From assembly GCA_963674945.2 (NCBI GenBank), contig CAXXWQ010000003.1, positions 2,496,001-2,560,000 on the forward strand: DNA of 64,000 nt, in the 5' to 3' direction. The notes under the pieces are model-generated. The model did no database searches. It saw only the letters and a list, made by a program, of their open reading frames with translations, and was not told the origin of the DNA. Shown in pieces: positions 60,415 through 64,000 of this stretch. Position 1 is the stretch's first letter, and each line of letters starts with the position of its first letter. The position numbers were made by a program, and so were the translations under genes. The DNA is from an uncultured Desulfosarcina sp. (lineage in GTDB: Bacteria; Desulfobacterota; Desulfobacteria; Desulfobacterales; Desulfosarcinaceae).

Positions 60415-61044
60415 TTGAACTGGCATCACTACCCCATCGGCGACGGCTGTCTCTGCTGGCAGTTGGGAGACGAAATCTCGCTGGATGTCTCCAACCGTGC
60501 GATCTGCCTGTACCGCATGGCGAAATCCAAGTTGGTCGGCTGTGATCCCCATATCTTCGATGTGGTGCCATCGTATAATTCGGTGGCCATCCATTTCGAT
60601 TCGGCTCTCGTGGACCCGGAATCCATCACCGGGCATATGGAAGATCTGATTCGAGCCCTACCGGGGAAGGTCACCACCGGAAAGGGCAGGCAGCACACAT
60701 TGCCCGTAGCATACACCGGTCCGGACCTGCACCTGGTAGCCTTTTACTGCGGTCTGAAAGAAGCGGAAGTGGTGCGTATCCACACATCGGTGACCTATCA
60801 TGTGGCCATGGTCGGATTCAAACCCCACTTCCCCTATCTGATCGGTCTGGACCCCCTTTTGGCAACTCCGCGCCAGGAGACTCCCAGAACCCGGGTGCCG
60901 GCTGGTGCCGTTGCCATCGGTGGCGCCCAGACCGGTGTCTATCCCTGTGATTCGCCGGGCGGATGGAATATTATCGGTATGACCGATCCGGACCTGCTCA
61001 TCCCGGTGGTACCGGGTGATACGGTCTGTTTTTCACGAGCGTAA
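60415..61044 (+). CDS. pxpB: 5-oxoprolinase subunit B (KipI/AHS1 family)
   Basis: TTG start at 60415. DVVPSYNS, GFKPHFPYL, VPAGAVAIGG.QTGVYP..SPGGWNIIG. Confidence 0.88.
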   Translation: MNWHHYPIGDGCLCWQLGDEISLDVSNRAICLYRMAKSKLVGCDPHIFDVVPSYNSVAIHFDSALVDPESITGHMEDLIRALPGKVTTGKGRQHTLPVAYTGPDLHLVAFYCGLKEAEVVRIHTSVTYHVAMVGFKPHFPYLIGLDPLLATPRQETPRTRVPAGAVAIGGAQTGVYPCDSPGGWNIIGMTDPDLLIPVVPGDTVCFSRA

Positions 61045-61056
61045 GGAACGAAGAAA

Positions 61057-61782
61057 ATGATTCCCGTTAACTGTGACTTGGGCGAACGCGGACCGGAACA
61101 TCCGGTGGACATCCGGTTGATGAAACATATTCAGATCGCCAACATCGCCTGCGGCGGTCACGCGGGCGACGAAGAATCCATTGCGGCCTTCCGAAAACTG
61201 GCCGGGGACAACGGTGTGATGGTATCGGCCCACCTCTCCTACCCTGACCGGAAAAACTTCGGGCGGCGCAGCATCGCCCTGGATGAAGCGGCGTTGCGAA
61301 AAAGCCTGGATGAACAACGGGCCCTGATGCCCGACGTGACGACGGTCAAGTTTCATGGCGCACTTTACAACGACAGCGTGAAAGATCCTGTTCTGGCTGA
61401 ACGATTGGGACAATGGGCAAAAGAGAACAACATCGAGACGATGATCGCGCCGGCTGATGCCGAGATGGCCCGGGTCTGCCGCAAACTCGGGATCCGCCTC
61501 ATGGCCGAGGCCTTTGCCGAGCGGCGCTACACCGTGGATCCGATAAGCGGGCGGCTCGTGCTGACCAGCCGGAAAAAGGCGTATGCCTGCATCCACGACT
61601 GCGCTGCTGCCGTGGCCCAGGCACAGACCATCGCCAACGACAAACGGGTGCAGGCGATCATGGAGGATGAGAACGGCCGTCTCGATTATCGGGCGGTGGC
61701 CATTGATGCGGCCACGATCTGCATTCATTCCGATTCATCCATAGCACTGGAACTGGCGCAGGCACTTGCGGAAAAACAATAA
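61057..61782 (+). CDS. pxpA: 5-oxoprolinase subunit A (LamB/YcsF family)
   Basis: NCDLGE, ANIACGGHAGD, YPDRKNFGRR, KFHGALYN, TICIHSD. Confidence 0.9.
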   Translation: MIPVNCDLGERGPEHPVDIRLMKHIQIANIACGGHAGDEESIAAFRKLAGDNGVMVSAHLSYPDRKNFGRRSIALDEAALRKSLDEQRALMPDVTTVKFHGALYNDSVKDPVLAERLGQWAKENNIETMIAPADAEMARVCRKLGIRLMAEAFAERRYTVDPISGRLVLTSRKKAYACIHDCAAAVAQAQTIANDKRVQAIMEDENGRLDYRAVAIDAATICIHSDSSIALELAQALAEKQ

Positions 61783-61833
61783 GGCACTTTATGGAGGATA
61801 ATGTTGGGCAAACACATTAAAAGTCGAATTTCG

Positions 61834-61959
61834 GACGGTTTCGAAAAAAGTTCGAGATCAAGGCTTGCGAGCCCCGAGGAATGAATCGTATGGTTGGAAC
61901 CGCCGCAGTGACGAGGGACGAAGCGTAACGCAGATATCGGGCTTCTAAGGAACTCGTTC
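61834..61959. mobile_element. MITE-like element with a family-B-type end and a different interior
   Basis: Starts GACGGTTTCGAAAAAAG; degenerate right end GCTTCTAAGGAACTCGTTC. Confidence 0.5.
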
Positions 61960-61977
61960 ATTTTCCCAATTAAAAAG

Positions 61978-62097
61978 GATTTTTTTATAAAAAGCGTTTC
62001 CCTCTTTTCCGTCTATCGGCGGAGAAAATAATAACGAGTTTCTTTCATGCGATTGTTGGGCCATATTTGGCCTGGAAAAGCTTTTTACGAAACCGTC
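61978..62097 (-). mobile_element. MITE-like family B, copy 2
   Basis: The reverse complement aligns over the full length with 20760-20880. Confidence 0.7.
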
Positions 62098-62976
62098 ATG
62101 TTTAAAGCTGTAAGCCAAGGCATATTTCAGATTGTGGGGCCACCGGAATACGGACACCAGGATGTCGGCATCTCCCCTGCCGGCTGCATGGACCGTTTCT
62201 CCTATGAAACGGGAAATCTTCTGCTGGGAAACCCGGAAGACAGCCCGGCCATGGAGATCATCCTCGCCCCGATACTCCAAGCGCAATCGTCCCTCTACTT
62301 CGTTCTAACCGGCGCAGGTCACGAACCGGTAACCCTTGCAACCGGGAACAAAGGGAATACATCCGGTATGACTGTCGAACACGGTCGCGTGACCTTTGCG
62401 CCCGAAGGCAGCCGATTGATTTTCGGCAGCAAATCCTATGGATTCCGCACCTATCTGTGCTGGCGTGAGGCAGACGCGGATGCGGATTTATATTCCAAAG
62501 AGGACATCCGCCGCGGAACCTTCGAAGAGATTGCCCATTGGCCGGATCCCGACGGAATGATACGGGTGCTGAAAGGTCCTGAATACCGGTTCGTACCAAA
62601 CCCGGAAGGATTCACCGGACAGGGTTGGGAGATCGCCGGCGACTCCAATCAGATGGGGCTCAGGCTGATGCATACCCGCACACCCTTGACAATCCATATG
62701 GGAAGTATGATATCGGCGCCGGTCAGCGACGGCACCGTCCAATTGACGCCCAAGGGCCCCATCGTCCTTTTACGGCACCGCCAGACCATCGGCGGCTATC
62801 CACGGATATTCAACGTGATCGGCGCCGATGTGGACCTTCTGGCCCAGTATATGCCCGGACAAATCGTTCGATTCAAAATTGTGGATATGGATACCGCATT
62901 GGCGGCGGCCGGACAAAAACGCAACGACTTGATGTCACTAAAAAGCTTTTCCGAGCCACAGGCGGCCAGACATTAG
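62098..62976 (+). CDS. pxpC: 5-oxoprolinase subunit C (KipA/AHS2 family)
   Basis: G..PAGCMD, N.LLGN, GFRTYL, RVLKGPE, SNQMGLRL, GTVQL, QTIGGYPRI. Confidence 0.88.
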   Translation: MFKAVSQGIFQIVGPPEYGHQDVGISPAGCMDRFSYETGNLLLGNPEDSPAMEIILAPILQAQSSLYFVLTGAGHEPVTLATGNKGNTSGMTVEHGRVTFAPEGSRLIFGSKSYGFRTYLCWREADADADLYSKEDIRRGTFEEIAHWPDPDGMIRVLKGPEYRFVPNPEGFTGQGWEIAGDSNQMGLRLMHTRTPLTIHMGSMISAPVSDGTVQLTPKGPIVLLRHRQTIGGYPRIFNVIGADVDLLAQYMPGQIVRFKIVDMDTALAAAGQKRNDLMSLKSFSEPQAARH

Positions 62977-63047
62977 TTCAAAAGAAACTCATTTTTCCTA
63001 TCGTTTATGGATCGCCGAAAATGGGAAAAGCTTTTTTGATAAAAAAT
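62929..63047 (+). mobile_element. Degenerate family B copy 3, overlapping the pxpC 3' end
   Basis: TAAAAAGCTTTTCC..GCC..GGCC..AAAGAAACTC..GAAAA..GGGAAAAGCTTTTT has the same block order as copies 1 and 2. Confidence 0.5.
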
Positions 63048-63161
63048 TTTTTGATAGTTCTTGACGAACGCGTTTCCAAGTAGTGTTCAACCAGAACTAG
63101 GGAAATTTGGCCATTTCAGTATGAGCACTAAGTAGCGATGAGAAATGAAAGGACACAAATA

Positions 63162-64000
63162 ATGGACACATATTATATCGACGGAGAGTACGTTTTGGAA
63201 GAAGATGCGAAGATCTCCGTAAAAGACATGAGTATTTTACGGGGATACGGGGTTTTCGATTTCCTGCGGACCTATAACCGTCGGCCCTTTTATCTCGACA
63301 CTCACATCGGACGACTGGCCCGTTCGGCCCGCCTCATCAATCTGGCCATGCCTTTGGGAAATGAGCAGATCGAGAAGATCGTCATGGAAACCATGGCGAA
63401 AAACCCCCACCATGACGAAGCCAACATCCGTCTCGTGGTCACCGGCGGCGTCAGCCCCGACTCCATTACGCCGGCGGACAACCCAAAACTGATGGTCATG
63501 GTCACCGGACTGCATGCCTGCCCTGCCGAATGGTACGACGAGGGCGTGGCCATCATCACCACCCATGCCGAAAGATATATGCCCGGCGCCAAGAGCATCA
63601 ACTATATCCCGGCCATATTGGCCTTGAGCCGCGCGAGACAGCAAGACGCCATCGAATCCATTTACGTCGATCACCTCGGACGTCTGCTGGAAGGCACGAC
63701 CACGAACTTCTTCGCCTTTATCGGCGATACGCTGGTGACGCCGTCCGTATCGATCCTGCCAGGCGTTACCCGCCAGGTGATCATCTCCCTGGTCGAAAAG
63801 GAGTTCGATCTTCAGATCCGAGACGTTCACAAGGATGAAATCCGCTTGATGGACGAGGCGTTTCTCACCGCATCCAACAAGGAGGTGGTCCCGGTTGTCA
63901 GGATGGACGACTACCGGTTCGGCGACGGAAACCCGGGCGAGCGCACCCTCCGCATCATGGCGCTCTTTTCGGAATTTACCCGTAAATATGGAGAAGAGAG
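63162..64000 (+). CDS. Class IV aminotransferase (branched-chain/D-amino acid type); 3' end runs off the window
   Basis: Not in the ORF track. Manual translation gives MDTYYIDGEY..RGYGVFDFLRTY..HIGRL..AKSINY..EGTTTNFF..ILPGVTR..DEAFLTAS. Confidence 0.9.
   Translation, partial: MDTYYIDGEYVLEEDAKISVKDMSILRGYGVFDFLRTYNRRPFYLDTHIGRLARSARLINLAMPLGNEQIEKIVMETMAKNPHHDEANIRLVVTGGVSPDSITPADNPKLMVMVTGLHACPAEWYDEGVAIITTHAERYMPGAKSINYIPAILALSRARQQDAIESIYVDHLGRLLEGTTTNFFAFIGDTLVTPSVSILPGVTRQVIISLVEKEFDLQIRDVHKDEIRLMDEAFLTASNKEVVPVVRMDDYRFGDGNPGERTLRIMALFSEFTRKYGEE

Noticed and set aside
63237..63830. 197-aa minus-strand ORF
   Set aside because: Antisense to the class IV aminotransferase starting at 63162.

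Overview
This is a 64-kb, gene-dense, mostly housekeeping bacterial window. Gene content and style (iorAB, PflX-type radical SAM, cereblon-like protein, DUF6901-like protein, clpS-clpA-aat) suggest a sulfate-reducing Desulfobacterota (Desulfobacterales-like) organism; that assignment is inference. Recognisable genes are a partial DEAD-box helicase, lolC/E, larE, nadE, a GspE/PilB ATPase, an ABC exporter, a K+ channel, a cyclophilin, ihfB, djlA, gltX, iorAB, khpA, aat, clpAS, secA, folD, argC, livKHMGF, holA, lspA, ileS, pxpBAC and a partial class-IV aminotransferase. I saw no rRNA, tRNA, CRISPR array, transposase or prophage. The stand-out is the co-oriented cluster at about 25.9-32.9 kb: an SPFH/double-zinc-ribbon protein, a zinc-ribbon protein (apparently ATT-initiated), a membrane SPFH (HflK/C-like) protein, and a 1139-aa protein that fuses two CDC48/p97-type AAA modules to a Lon-type (S16) Ser-Lys protease domain. 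It is a candidate uncharacterised membrane-associated proteolysis system. Also notable are a histone-like/25x(KAAAE)/TM protein, three families of short dispersed intergenic repeats, a bidirectional sigma70 promoter and sigma54-type promoters. All calls come from motif reading by eye; no database search was run.
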